DNA of 64,000 nt from an uncultured Alphaproteobacteria bacterium (GTDB lineage: Bacteria; Pseudomonadota; Alphaproteobacteria; HIMB59; GCA-002718135). The notes beneath the pieces were generated by a model that was given only the letters and a program-made list of their open reading frames with translations, was not told where the DNA came from and did not search any database. The position numbers were made by a program, and so were the translations under genes. The stretch is from the NCBI GenBank assembly GCA_902511405.1, contig CABXEZ010000002.1, positions 22,304 to 86,303 of the forward strand, written 5' to 3'. Of this stretch, positions 10,227 through 21,698 are shown piece after piece (positions within the stretch are counted from its first letter, which is position 1; each line of letters starts with the position of its first letter).

Positions 10227-11398
10227 ATTAACTTTTCAAAAGTTTCATTTAAAATTTTAATTGCTTCATCGACGTGTTTTTTATTTATAATTAATGGGGG
10301 GGCTAATCTAATGACATTATCTCCAGCCGGGACACTTAATAATTTATTTTTCCTTAACAAATTTGATATCATTACATTATTTTTTTTAGTTTTAATACCT
10401 AGGAGTAAACCCGCTCCTCGTATCTCAACTATTTCTTCATAATAGTGTTCTAATTTTTTTAATTTTTGCCAAAAATATCGAGATACAGTGTCTACATTTT
10501 TTAAAAATTTTTTATCAGAAATAATTGATAAAACTTCTCTCCCAACAGATACAGCTAAAGGATTTCCTCCATAAGTAGAACCATGTCTTCCCTGAACCAT
10601 ACCCTTACTAGCCTCATTTGTTGCTAAACAAGCTCCTAATGGAAATCCAGATCCAATCCCTTTTGCTGTGGCAAGAATATCGGGCTGAATTTTTGCCCAT
10701 TCATAAGAATATAGTTTACCAGATCTTCCAAAACCTGACTGCACCTCATCTAAAAAAAGGAGAATATTATTTTTATCGCAAACTTTTCTAAGATATTGTA
10801 AAAATTTAAGACTAGCAGGCTTAATGCCGCCTTCTCCCTGTATGGGTTCAATTAAAATTGCAGCAGTTTCTTTATTTATATTTTTAATGAGAGCGACCTC
10901 ATCGTTAAATGGTATATTTCTAAATCCTGTTAAAAGCGGCGTAAAACCTTCAGAGTATTTTTTATTTTTTTGGGCAGATAATGCGGCAAAAGTTCTTCCA
11001 TGAAATGCCCCTTTAAAAGTAATGATATTTTTTTTTCTTTTGTTTTTTAGATTCCAATAGCTTTTAACAACTTTTAGACCACATTCTATTGCTTCTGCAC
11101 CAGAGTTTGTAAAAAAAACTTTGTCAGCAAATGTTTTTTTACAAAGTTCTTTAGCGAATAACTCTTGATTATTATTCTTATATAGGTTTGATGTGTGCCA
11201 AAGAATTTCTGATTGTTTTTTTAAAACATTTACTAATTTTGGGTGACAATGACCAAGAGAATTGACAGCAATACCTCCTGCAAAATCTAAATACTTTTTA
11301 CCTGAAGGGGTATATAGATAAGATCCCTTCCCTTTAGAAAATAATAAATCTCTTTCGCCGTAAGTCGGCATTATAAAACTTTTTGATTTTTTACTCAT
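10223..11398 (-). CDS. argD: acetylornithine aminotransferase (class III PLP aminotransferase)
   Basis: 391 aa. ...TNSGAEAIE..., DEVQSGFGRSGKLYSYEW and the PLP-lysine context LATAKGIGSGFPLGA. Operonic with argF. Confidence 0.85.
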   Translation of the reverse strand: MSKKSKSFIMPTYGERDLLFSKGKGSYLYTPSGKKYLDFAGGIAVNSLGHCHPKLVNVLKKQSEILWHTSNLYKNNNQELFAKELCKKTFADKVFFTNSGAEAIECGLKVVKSYWNLKNKRKKNIITFKGAFHGRTFAALSAQKNKKYSEGFTPLLTGFRNIPFNDEVALIKNINKETAAILIEPIQGEGGIKPASLKFLQYLRKVCDKNNILLFLDEVQSGFGRSGKLYSYEWAKIQPDILATAKGIGSGFPLGACLATNEASKGMVQGRHGSTYGGNPLAVSVGREVLSIISDKKFLKNVDTVSRYFWQKLKKLEHYYEEIVEIRGAGLLLGIKTKKNNVMISNLLRKNKLLSVPAGDNVIRLAPPLIINKKHVDEAIKILNETFEKLI

Positions 11399-11405
11399 AA
11401 AATGA

Positions 11406-12176
11406 TTAAGATTTTAATTTGTACCCTTTTTCAAACATTAAATAACATAAAAAGAATAAACTAAAATTTAAAATAATTAGAAAAATTCCCCCTATAATTA
11501 ATTGACTATCTGACTGACCTATAAATGCATATCGAAATCCATCAATATTGTAAAAAAAAGGATTAAATAAAGCAAAATTTTGCCAAAATTCTGGCAATCT
11601 AGAAATTGAGTAAAATGTTCCAGAAAGAAAAGTTAAAGGTAAAACTATAAAATTAGTTATACCTTGTTGTTGGTCCCATTTATCAGCCCATATTCCAACC
11701 ATAGTACCCATACTACCCATCATTAAACAGCCCATAAAAGTATAAAACAAAAGAGCTGAGTAAGAGTAAACTGTAAGAGGAATAAATAATATAATACCAA
11801 GATAAGTAACAAAGCCACAAATTACTCCTCTGGCTAATGCTCCAAATATATAACCTATAGCAAGTTCATACTCAGATAAAGGTGCCATTAATATATCGAC
11901 TATGTTTCCTTGAAATTTGGATTGACCAATACTTGAGGCCGCATTTGCAAATGAGTTTTGAAGCATCGTCATCATGATTAGACCGGGTGCTATAAATTCT
12001 GCTAAATTTACATTATTGATTTGGTTTACTGATCTGCCTAAAGCAAGTGAAAATACAGCTAAAAATAAAAGAGAGCTGATTGCAGGACCTACCACAGTTT
12101 GAATACCTACTTTGAGAAATCTATGAACTTCTTTTTTAAATAAGGTAAACACACACAAATAATTATAAGAAAACAT
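11406..12176 (-). CDS. ABC-2 type transporter permease (YadH-like)
   Basis: 256 aa, about 6 hydrophobic segments. N-terminal ...LFKKEVHRFLKVGIQTVVGPAISSLLFLAVF... is typical of ABC-2 permeases. No ATPase partner adjacent. Confidence 0.7.
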   Translation of the reverse strand: MFSYNYLCVFTLFKKEVHRFLKVGIQTVVGPAISSLLFLAVFSLALGRSVNQINNVNLAEFIAPGLIMMTMLQNSFANAASSIGQSKFQGNIVDILMAPLSEYELAIGYIFGALARGVICGFVTYLGIILFIPLTVYSYSALLFYTFMGCLMMGSMGTMVGIWADKWDQQQGITNFIVLPLTFLSGTFYSISRLPEFWQNFALFNPFFYNIDGFRYAFIGQSDSQLIIGGIFLIILNFSLFFLCYLMFEKGYKLKS

Positions 12177-12223
12177 ACTATTTTATTTTTTTAAATTAAG
12201 TTAATTAAGATATAATTATTAAA

Positions 12224-12697
12224 ATGGATAATAAAGATAAATTATTAAAGTATGCAATTTACTATTTAAGCAAATACTCTTCAAGTAAAAAAAATTTAGA
12301 ATTTATATTAAAAAAAAAAATTAGAAGATTAAGTGATGAAAAGAAAATAAGATTTCATCTCTACAATGAAATTCAAATTATTATTGAGAAATTAGAAAAA
12401 CTTAACCTTATCAATGATCAGGTTTTTGTGGAGTCAAAAATACAATCTCTGCAATATCAGGCAAAATCAAAAAACTATATTAAGCAATATTTACTTCAAA
12501 AAGGAATAGATAAACAATTAATAGAAGAACAAATTTCTTTATTTTATGAAAATAATAAAAATCTTGAAAAAGAGAATGCTCTTAAATTTGCTAAAAAAAG
12601 AAATCTTCTAAATAACGATCAAGATTATCAGAAAAAGCTCTCAAAAATAGCGAGGGCAGGCTTTAGTTATGATATAGCAAAGGAAATTTTAAAATAA
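12224..12697 (+). CDS. recX: RecX-like regulatory protein
   Basis: 157 aa, lysine-rich and all-helical, with repeated ~45-aa helical units (...YLSKYSSSKKNLEFILKKK..., ...QYLLQKGIDKQLIEE..., ...IARAGFSYDIAKEIL) as in RecX. Confidence 0.55.
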   Translation: MDNKDKLLKYAIYYLSKYSSSKKNLEFILKKKIRRLSDEKKIRFHLYNEIQIIIEKLEKLNLINDQVFVESKIQSLQYQAKSKNYIKQYLLQKGIDKQLIEEQISLFYENNKNLEKENALKFAKKRNLLNNDQDYQKKLSKIARAGFSYDIAKEILK

Positions 12698-12698
12698 C

Positions 12699-13709
12699 CT
12701 AATCTTGTAAATGCACTTTGCCTTCTAATAATCTTGCTATTTGTCTAGTGGAGTCAAATCTTTCAAAGCTTACTCTTATGATTGCCGTAAGAGGTGCTGC
12801 AAGCAAAACACCTATAATTCCCCATATCATGCCCCAAAAAATTAAAGATAAAATAATTGTTATTGGGTGCAATCCAAAGGCATCACCAAAAATTTTTGGC
12901 TCCACAAAATTGCCAATAATTTGATGAATAATAGCTGGTAGAAATATAATTAACAAGACTGATGACATATCTGGATATTGCAAAATAGCAATTGGTATTG
13001 GTAATAGCACTGCTATAATAGAGCCTACTACAGGTATAAAATTTAATATAAATGTTAAAGACCCAAAGATAAAAGCAAGCTCTAAACCTAAAAACCAATA
13101 AATAAGACCTGCTGATACACCTGTGATTGAGGAAGTTATAAATTTTGTAAAAATATATTTTTTAACATGACCTATGATATCATTCCATACAGGTGATGTA
13201 TTTATGGATTTTTTTCCTAATAATAAAAAAAGTGTCATGATAACTACTAAAATAAATTTAGAAATAAAATTTGCACTATTACTTAAGATTGTTGATGCCC
13301 AATCTAAAAGAGGTAACTCATTAAGAGAATTTCTTATCGTTTCTCTATCAATATCGATGTTAAATTCTTTTAACTTAGCTATTCCTAAATCAATTAAAAT
13401 TAAAACTTTATTATTATAGTCATCAGCAGACTGAAGAAATGTAATAACTGAAGATCCAATGAAGGGAACAATAATTATAAATAAAAATATTATTAAACAA
13501 AGGCTAACAAAAACAGCAACAATTCTATGAACATGTAAAAAATTTATTTGATAATCTATAATGGGATCAATTAATATACGAATAAGCAATGCTAGCACAA
13601 GAGGCACCAAAAAGGGCTGAGCAAAGTTTAAAATGAAAGATACGGCAATAGTGGCTATTATAAATAATGAACCAGTAATAATTCTATTTGTTTCTAGAGT
13701 TTGTTTCAT
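12699..13709 (-). CDS. AI-2E family transporter (PerM/UPF0118)
   Basis: 336 aa polytopic membrane protein. The C-terminal ...GNFVEPKIFGDAFGLHPITIILSLIFWGMIWGIIGVLLAAPLTA... matches the family's conserved core. Confidence 0.75.
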   Translation of the reverse strand: MKQTLETNRIITGSLFIIATIAVSFILNFAQPFLVPLVLALLIRILIDPIIDYQINFLHVHRIVAVFVSLCLIIFLFIIIVPFIGSSVITFLQSADDYNNKVLILIDLGIAKLKEFNIDIDRETIRNSLNELPLLDWASTILSNSANFISKFILVVIMTLFLLLGKKSINTSPVWNDIIGHVKKYIFTKFITSSITGVSAGLIYWFLGLELAFIFGSLTFILNFIPVVGSIIAVLLPIPIAILQYPDMSSVLLIIFLPAIIHQIIGNFVEPKIFGDAFGLHPITIILSLIFWGMIWGIIGVLLAAPLTAIIRVSFERFDSTRQIARLLEGKVHLQD

Positions 13710-14839
13710 TTTGTATTTTTTGGATTAAAAATTTCTGATTTTTCGTTTGGAAATGACTCAACATAGAGCGATTGACTCGGGAATGCAAATCCGGCATTAT
13801 TGGCTTCAACTATTTCGATTATTGATACTGCCAACTCTTCTTTAATTTTCAGAAATTCTGACCAATCATTTGTAACTGTAAAAGCCTGCACCAACATATC
13901 AATTGAGCTGTCAGAAAAACTATCTATTCTCACAAAAAATCCACTATTCTTATTTTTAGCAAAATCATTTTTATCTGTAATTAATTGAGTAATAGCATCT
14001 CTTATTTTTTTTAATTGATTAATACTTGTTTTGTATTCAAGTCCTATAAGCCAACGTATTCTTCGATGATGTCTTCTCGAGTAATTTGTTACAGATTGTT
14101 CAGCAAATTTGTAATTAGGTATCATGACAGGTGTTGAGTCAAATCTTCTAACAAGAGTAGAGCGAAAACCAATCTGCTCAACAACACCCTCAACTTCATT
14201 AGATACTAAAATTACATCACCTATTGTAAATCTTTTTTCCATTAAAATCATTATTCCACTAATTAAGTTCTTGAATAAATCTTGTGCTCCTAGCGCAACG
14301 GCAACACCAAATAATCCTAGTCCAGCAATAACAGGTCCAACCTTAATTCCCCATAACTCCAAAACAGCCACAATACCTAAAACAATAATTATTATTTCTA
14401 ATCCTTTTAAGGTCCAATTAACGAGAGGTTTAGAAATTTTATCCTCAAAATTTCTTATAATAAATGAAAAAGGGATAACTAATTGATGAAGCAGCCAAAA
14501 TATAAATACTGTAATCAAGGTTCTATTTAATAAGTCTATAAAACTTTGCACTTCAGTTGATAGGTTAATATATGAAGTGGCTATAAAGAAACCTAGAACA
14601 ACAGGAAGAAATTTAAGAGGTCCTTCTATTACCTCTACAACAGTGTTATCAATTTTAGTGGTTGTCTTATTAACGATCTTGTTAAGTCTACTTATAATAA
14701 ATCTGGCGAAAAGCCTTCTTAAAACATAGAATATAAGGAAGATAACAATACCTATTATAATTTCTGATGCATTTAAACCAAAAACACCTTCTTTCCAGAC
14801 TTCTAAAAAAAGTTCTCCAAACCTATTGATAGCTTCCAT
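13706..14839 (-). CDS. mechanosensitive ion channel (MscS family)
   Basis: 377 aa. TM helices followed by the MscS beta-domain ...FTIGDVILVSNEVEGVVEQIGFRSTLVRRFDSTPVMIPN.... Confidence 0.85.
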   Translation of the reverse strand: MEAINRFGELFLEVWKEGVFGLNASEIIIGIVIFLIFYVLRRLFARFIISRLNKIVNKTTTKIDNTVVEVIEGPLKFLPVVLGFFIATSYINLSTEVQSFIDLLNRTLITVFIFWLLHQLVIPFSFIIRNFEDKISKPLVNWTLKGLEIIIIVLGIVAVLELWGIKVGPVIAGLGLFGVAVALGAQDLFKNLISGIMILMEKRFTIGDVILVSNEVEGVVEQIGFRSTLVRRFDSTPVMIPNYKFAEQSVTNYSRRHHRRIRWLIGLEYKTSINQLKKIRDAITQLITDKNDFAKNKNSGFFVRIDSFSDSSIDMLVQAFTVTNDWSEFLKIKEELAVSIIEIVEANNAGFAFPSQSLYVESFPNEKSEIFNPKNTK

Positions 14840-14859
14840 TTTCTGTTTATTTATAAGTT

Positions 14860-15408
14860 ATGAGTAATAATACCATCAAATTCGCTAGATTAATCACTTT
14901 TTTATTAGTGTTTATCTATTCATATGCAGGATATACAAAAAATATGACTATATACGATTTTTCTTTTGAAGACATTGACGGAAACTTAGTAAATCTCAAT
15001 AAATTTAAGGGTAAACCAATATTTATGGTTAACACAGCGTCAAGATGTGGATTTACTCCACAATATGAGAATCTTCAAAATCTTTTTATTAATTACAGAA
15101 ATACCGATTTAACAATTTTGGCAATAACAAGTAATTCTTTTAATCAAGAATATACTTCAAATGAAGATATTAAAAAAATTTGTTTAGTTAATTATGATGT
15201 TGGTTTTGTAACTTCGTCACCTATAAATGTTAAGGGTGAAAATACGCATGAAATTTTTAGCTGGCTTAATGATGAATATGGAAAAATACCAAAATGGAAT
15301 TTTTATAAATACCTTTTTGATAAAAATGGAAATTTAACATCATCTTGGTCCTCCATGACAAAACCAGATAGTTCAAAAGTATTAGAAGAAATAAATAACG
15401 TATTATAA
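14860..15408 (+). CDS. glutathione peroxidase family protein
   Basis: VNTASRCGFTPQYENLQ (active-site Cys motif) and WNFYKYLFDKNG (WNF.KFL motif). The hydrophobic N-terminus may be a signal peptide. Alternative start ATG at 14944. Confidence 0.85.
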   Translation: MSNNTIKFARLITFLLVFIYSYAGYTKNMTIYDFSFEDIDGNLVNLNKFKGKPIFMVNTASRCGFTPQYENLQNLFINYRNTDLTILAITSNSFNQEYTSNEDIKKICLVNYDVGFVTSSPINVKGENTHEIFSWLNDEYGKIPKWNFYKYLFDKNGNLTSSWSSMTKPDSSKVLEEINNVL

Positions 15409-15415
15409 AAAAAAA

Positions 15416-15431
15416 CCCCCTATAAAGGGGG
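15416..15431 (-). terminator. rho-independent terminator of groEL (hairpin plus U-run on the minus strand)
   Basis: CCCCCT-ATAA-AGGGGG is a perfect 6-bp GC stem. It is flanked by an A-run on the plus strand, which reads as a T-run after the hairpin on the groEL strand. Confidence 0.7.
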
Positions 15432-15460
15432 CTAATAAATATTATATTCAAACCTGTAGA

Positions 15461-17128
<1,668 letters not shown>

Positions 17129-17148
17129 TTAATCCTCTCTTATTTTAA

Positions 17149-17457
17149 TTATTTTTTCTTTTTTTTACTTGGAGTAATTATTCCCATAATATCAGACTCT
17201 TTCATTATTAAATAATCTGCTCCGTTCATTTTTACTTCTGTTCCAGACCACTTACCAAAAAGAATTTTATCTCCTTTTTTCACGTCTAGTGGTACAAGTT
17301 TACCAAGTTCATCTCTTGCTCCAGATCCCACTTCTAGGACTTCACCTTCCATAGGTTTTTCTTGAGCAGTATCAGGAATAATTATTCCTCCTGCAGTTTT
17401 TTGATCAGATTCTACTCGAGATACGAGCACTCTGTCATGTAATGGTTTAAAGTTCAT
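17149..17457 (-). CDS. groS: co-chaperonin GroES
   Basis: 102 aa. [12 protein letters not shown]...[20 protein letters not shown]. Lies immediately upstream of groEL. Confidence 0.97.
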   Translation of the reverse strand: MNFKPLHDRVLVSRVESDQKTAGGIIIPDTAQEKPMEGEVLEVGSGARDELGKLVPLDVKKGDKILFGKWSGTEVKMNGADYLIMKESDIMGIITPSKKKKK

Positions 17458-17498
17458 ATTTTCCTCAATTTAAATTATTGAAAATTAACATTTTTTTA

Positions 17499-17525
17499 TT
17501 AGCACTCTTGCTAATAGAGTGCTAA
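17499..17525 (-). promoter_or_regulatory. CIRCE operator (HrcA binding site) upstream of groES
   Basis: TTAGCACTC-TTGCTAATA-GAGTGCTAA is a perfect match to the CIRCE consensus TTAGCACTC-N9-GAGTGCTAA. It lies 42 nt upstream of the groES start. Confidence 0.9.
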
Positions 17526-17598
17526 TCATGTAATCATTATTTAACTGTAATCAAGAGTTTGCTTTAATTTTTTTAATTTTTTCTATAAGTCCTAAAAA

Positions 17599-18621
17599 AT
17601 GTCTATTTTTCTGAATGTTTTTATTAAATCAATAGCCTTTTTTGTATCAATTTTAACTATTGTAATAGTAACTTCATTATTAATAAACTTGCTTGGTGAA
17701 AGAAATAATGAATTCAATACAATCTCTGGTGACGAAAATTCATCAAATATTATCGCTATAATCGAATTAAATGGCCTGATTATTGAGACGACTACAACAC
17801 TCTCAAATTGGACAAACCAATATATTATCTCACCAAAAAAAATAAGAAAAAAACTTGAGGTTGTAAAAAAAATTTCTCCAAACACAATTATTTTTTCAAT
17901 CAACTCTCCAGGAGGTACTGTAAGTGCTTCCAAAGAAATTTATGACATGATAAATAATTATAAAGAAAATAATCGAGATACAAAAATTTTTATTCACACA
18001 GATGAGCTTTTGGCCTCGGGCGGCTATTGGGTTGCATCAGCTGGTGATGGTATTTATGCAAGTTATGGTGCTATTACTGGCAGTATAGGAGTCAAGGGTC
18101 CAGATTGGTTTTTTTATGATAAGCCAACAACACTCTCTACAGGTATATTTGGAAATAAAGTTGAAACAGAAAATGGAATTAAAGTCTTTTCTAGCACAGC
18201 AGGAAAATCTAAAGACATTTTTAACCCTTTTAGAAAACCAACTAGAAATGAATTGGAGCATTTACAAAGTATGGTCAGTGAAATTTATAATGATTTCATT
18301 AGAATTGTTTCAAAGGAAAGAAAGATAGAAGTTTCTACATTGAAAGAAGATATTGGTGCCCTAATTTTTAATTCAACAAATGCAGCTCAACTTCATTTGA
18401 TTGACGATGAATTAAATTTAAGAGAATTAATAAATAAAATAATAAAAGAAAATAATTTTACTGATTATAAAGTTATTGAAATGATGAATGAGAGAGATTC
18501 ACTAATAAAAGAAATTTTAAGAAGCTCATCTGATATTAAAGAAAAATACTTTAATCAAAAATGTCTTAATCTTCGCTCAAGTATATCAAGCATATTAAGC
18601 TATGAAGCTACAGGTTGTTAA
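17599..18621 (+). CDS. sppA: signal peptide peptidase SppA (36K type, S49 family)
   Basis: 340 aa. N-terminal TM, then ...FSINSPGGTVSAS..., ...LLASGGYWVASAGD... and ...AITGSIGV..., typical of S49 peptidases. Confidence 0.85.
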   Translation: MSIFLNVFIKSIAFFVSILTIVIVTSLLINLLGERNNEFNTISGDENSSNIIAIIELNGLIIETTTTLSNWTNQYIISPKKIRKKLEVVKKISPNTIIFSINSPGGTVSASKEIYDMINNYKENNRDTKIFIHTDELLASGGYWVASAGDGIYASYGAITGSIGVKGPDWFFYDKPTTLSTGIFGNKVETENGIKVFSSTAGKSKDIFNPFRKPTRNELEHLQSMVSEIYNDFIRIVSKERKIEVSTLKEDIGALIFNSTNAAQLHLIDDELNLRELINKIIKENNFTDYKVIEMMNERDSLIKEILRSSSDIKEKYFNQKCLNLRSSISSILSYEATGC

Positions 18622-19657
18622 AATTTCTTTCAATATCACTCACCTTTAAAATCATATTTTTATAATAATTACTATTTTTTAAAATTTTAGCATTAATATA
18701 TTTTGTTGATAGCTCTGAATGATTTACCACATCAACACTATCTGCTTTAATTATTTGATATTTTAAATTTAAACTGTCAGCAATATCATTGTATCTTTTT
18801 GAAATATTTTTTTCATGTAAATTATTAAGTTCAGGTGCAATCTCTATAATTTTTGTGCCTTTTTTACAAAAAATTATATTTGACATGTTAGATCCATGAG
18901 GAGACATTACTATTTCTGCATTTGAAAAAATTTTCATTTGTTCAAGGATTTCATAATGTTGAGGATTAATTATTTCAAATTCAAGTTTTCTTAATTTACT
19001 AATTAAATCGGCCTCATTTAAGATTTTTCTATAACTTGCATCTTCTCTTCTAATATAAATTTTAGGTTTGAATTCAGGAACTTTGATATTAATTAAAATG
19101 TTTTCAAGAAAATATTTTAAAATTTTTATAGATTTTTTTATATTAAAGAATTCAGGAATGGAGCAATTATTAAAACTATAAAAATTATCATCTAAATAAT
19201 TAAACGAGATCTCTATACCTCTAAGAACACATATTGTTTCGATAAACTTTCTCAGTTTGTTTGAAAGATTTCTATGAATAGTTAAATGAATTTTTTTTTC
19301 ATTAATAAAAAAAATTCTTGGTAAAAAATGAATAAGATTTGAGAAATAATTATCTGAAGGACTACTACCTATAACTAAACTATCTTTAATAACTTTAAAA
19401 TTATCTTTCTTATCTATGAAATTTTTATAGAAATCTTGTGTATAGAAATGATGTATTGAATTATCATCTTCACGTTTAAATAAATTAGCAAATGTCTCAT
19501 TGTTCTTGGTAATTGGAAAGTAGTTAAAGGAATCTAAATAGAAACCTGAGTTTAATATTTTACAATTTTCATTAATATCATTTAAAGTAGCTGATTTAAA
19601 TAAATTACTCAAATTTGGTGTCTGCAAGATTTTAGCTTCATTATTATCTACAAGCAT
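18608..19657 (-). CDS. glycosyltransferase family 61 / DUF563 protein
   Basis: 349 aa. ...IYIRREDASYRKILNE... and ...VMSPHGSNMSNIIFCKKGTKIIEI... resemble the GT61/DUF563 C-terminal motif (G.HGAGLTN..F......IEI). Confidence 0.65.
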   Translation of the reverse strand: MLVDNNEAKILQTPNLSNLFKSATLNDINENCKILNSGFYLDSFNYFPITKNNETFANLFKREDDNSIHHFYTQDFYKNFIDKKDNFKVIKDSLVIGSSPSDNYFSNLIHFLPRIFFINEKKIHLTIHRNLSNKLRKFIETICVLRGIEISFNYLDDNFYSFNNCSIPEFFNIKKSIKILKYFLENILINIKVPEFKPKIYIRREDASYRKILNEADLISKLRKLEFEIINPQHYEILEQMKIFSNAEIVMSPHGSNMSNIIFCKKGTKIIEIAPELNNLHEKNISKRYNDIADSLNLKYQIIKADSVDVVNHSELSTKYINAKILKNSNYYKNMILKVSDIERNFNNL

Positions 19658-19670
19658 ATTTTACCTTTCT

Positions 19671-19717
19671 TGGCGTGCCCGAGAAGAGTCGAACACCTAA
19701 CATTCAGATTCGTAATC
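19671..19717 (-). repeat. decayed copy of the tRNA-Arg 3' end (att-scar 1, most distal)
   Basis: TGGCGTGCCCGAGAAGAGTCGAACACCTAACATTCAGATTCGTAATC aligns without gaps to 26565-26611 with about six mismatches. Confidence 0.8.
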
Positions 19718-19832
19718 CGTTATCCGTGCACTAAATTTCAGTACATATATGGTATTACAGGAAAAATCATTTGTTAAATAAAAAAAATTGATTTTTGTAA
19801 TTTGTATGAGTGGAACTTTTCCATCAATTTAT

Positions 19833-19885
19833 TGGCGCACCCAAGAAGAGTTGCAATCCTAACCTCCAGATCCGCAGTCTGAGGC
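19833..19885 (-). repeat. decayed copy of the tRNA-Arg 3' end (att-scar 2)
   Basis: TGGCGCACCCAAGAAGAGTTGCAATCCTAACCTCCAGATCCGCAGTCTGAGGC aligns without gaps to the tRNA, with six mismatches in the first 48 nt. Confidence 0.8.
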
Positions 19886-20184
19886 TAGAAATCCAGATTT
19901 CTCGTCTGCACTATTGCTTATTAACTTTTTTTCTTTCTATAATAACACTTTTCTTGTTTCTATTTTAGCCCATATATTATCCAACAATAAAGTAAAATTA
20001 ATATTTAAGTATAAAAAAAATCAATCATAGTTAATTAAATTTTCTAAAACAAATTTTAAAAATTCATTATTGATTCTAGTTTCACGTAAAAAATTTTTTG
20101 ATTCTCCTTTTTTTTAATAAGAATAATATTCCGAGATTGAATCGATTTACTTTACAAAGTATGTTAGCAAAGGTAATAATATTT

Positions 20185-21516
20185 ATGAAAAGATTTAAAA
20201 AATTATTTATTTTTTTTATTATCTTTTTTTTTGTTTTAATTACCTTATCAATAAATTTTAATTCAGAATTTAAAAATATAATAAAAAAAGCATCTATTAA
20301 AATAGGCTTGATTGATCTTAAATTAACTTCGATAGAAAAAGAAAATGAAAGCCTAAGAGGAGTTATAAATAGAATTGCAAATAACAATTTAAGTTCAAAA
20401 AATTTACAGCTAAATCATGTCAGTTTGCCATTTGTTAGTAGAAATATATCAGGCAAATCAACTGCTTTTTTAGAAGTAGTCTTAGACAAAATTTTATTAG
20501 TTTCAGCATATGGAGATATTAGATATTTAAATACAAATGCACTCAATGAAGATAAAATAAAAATTCTTAAAAGTAATTTAAAAGAAATTATATCAGACAA
20601 ATTATTTTATGATTTTCTAGGCTCTTATGATAATTCAAGTGCCGTAAGTATTAAAGATATTCTTGTTTTTAATAATAAAGTTTATTTTTCATATATTAAA
20701 AAAAATTTAAATTTACAAAATAATTGCTACAATAGCGCAATACTATCAGCAGATTTAAATTTTGATTTTTTAATTTTTAGTGAGTTTTTTAGTTATGACC
20801 AATGTATTGAAAACTTTTATAGTAAGCAACTTGGTGGAAGAATGGCGGTAGATGAAAAAAATAATAATATATTTTTTACTATCGGTGATTTTAATAATAA
20901 AACAGTTAATGCTTCAGAATATACAAGAGCTCAAGATGAAAATTCTATATTTGGTAAAATAATATCTATTGATATTGATACAAAAGATTATTCAATTATT
21001 TCTAAAGGCCATAGAAATCCCCAAGGTTTATTTTATGTTGCAGATAAAGATATATTATTATCTACAGAGCATGGTCCAGATGGGGGAGATGAAATAAATA
21101 ATATAGAGATAGGAGGAAATTACGGATGGCCAATCTCTTCTTATGGCACACACTATGATGGATATGAAAAATTTATTAATGTTGCTCCCTTGCATAAATC
21201 ACATGAAAAATTTGGTTTTATAGAACCAATTAAACATTTTACTCCATCCATAGGCATTTCTGAAATTATAGAAATCCCTAGAAGTTTTTTAAATCAAAAA
21301 AAACGATATTTTTTATTAACTTCACTCTCAGGCAAAGTTGGACTTTCAATTTTTATAATATCTTTTGATGATTCTTTTCAAAAAGTAATCACTTTAAGAA
21401 AAATTATTATTGGAGATAGGGTTAGGGATGTTGCTTACGATTCTGCAAATAATGTTTTTTATTTAATTTTAGAACTATCAAACAGTCTGGGTGTTTTATC
21501 AAAATTAGAAAATTAA
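20185..21516 (+). CDS. PQQ-dependent sugar dehydrogenase-like (soluble glucose/sorbosone dehydrogenase family) with N-terminal membrane anchor
   Basis: ...KGHRNPQGLFYVADKDILLSTEHGPDGGDEINNIEIGGNYGWP... matches the SGDH/YliI motif GHRNPQGL...HGP.GGDE.N.I..G.NYGWP. The track ORF opens at 20098; ATG at 20185 (MKRFKKLFIFF...) is the likelier start. Confidence 0.72.
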   Translation: MKRFKKLFIFFIIFFFVLITLSINFNSEFKNIIKKASIKIGLIDLKLTSIEKENESLRGVINRIANNNLSSKNLQLNHVSLPFVSRNISGKSTAFLEVVLDKILLVSAYGDIRYLNTNALNEDKIKILKSNLKEIISDKLFYDFLGSYDNSSAVSIKDILVFNNKVYFSYIKKNLNLQNNCYNSAILSADLNFDFLIFSEFFSYDQCIENFYSKQLGGRMAVDEKNNNIFFTIGDFNNKTVNASEYTRAQDENSIFGKIISIDIDTKDYSIISKGHRNPQGLFYVADKDILLSTEHGPDGGDEINNIEIGGNYGWPISSYGTHYDGYEKFINVAPLHKSHEKFGFIEPIKHFTPSIGISEIIEIPRSFLNQKKRYFLLTSLSGKVGLSIFIISFDDSFQKVITLRKIIIGDRVRDVAYDSANNVFYLILELSNSLGVLSKLEN

Positions 21517-21533
21517 GTTTTGGACAGATTACT

Positions 21534-21586
21534 TGGAGCGCAAGAGAAAAATCTAACTCCTAAACTCAAGATCTAGTCCGTTGCTC
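21534..21586 (-). repeat. heavily decayed copy of the tRNA-Arg 3' end (att-scar 3)
   Basis: TGGAGCGCAAGAGAAAAATCTAACTCCTAAACTCAAGATCTAGTCCGTTGCTC aligns to the tRNA 3' half with many substitutions and one small indel. Same orientation as the others. Confidence 0.55.
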
Positions 21587-21698
21587 AGGATCCGAATTAT
21601 ATTATTTATACGCAATTAGAGAACAATAATTCGTAAATTAAAAAAATGATTTTACAGTTTTACTGATTTGCACCTATAATTAGAGTATGGAAGGTTGA

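Noticed and set aside
17592-17933. 113-aa minus-strand ORF between groES and sppA
   Set aside because: It is antisense to the well-supported sppA N-terminus and has a low-complexity hydrophobic translation, so it is a shadow ORF.
20082-20387. 101-aa minus-strand ORF and the 5' extension of the sugar-dehydrogenase ORF back to 20098
   Set aside because: Both are low-complexity Ile/Lys/Phe-rich reading through AT-rich intergenic DNA. The dehydrogenase more plausibly starts at the MKRFKKLFIFF membrane anchor (20185).
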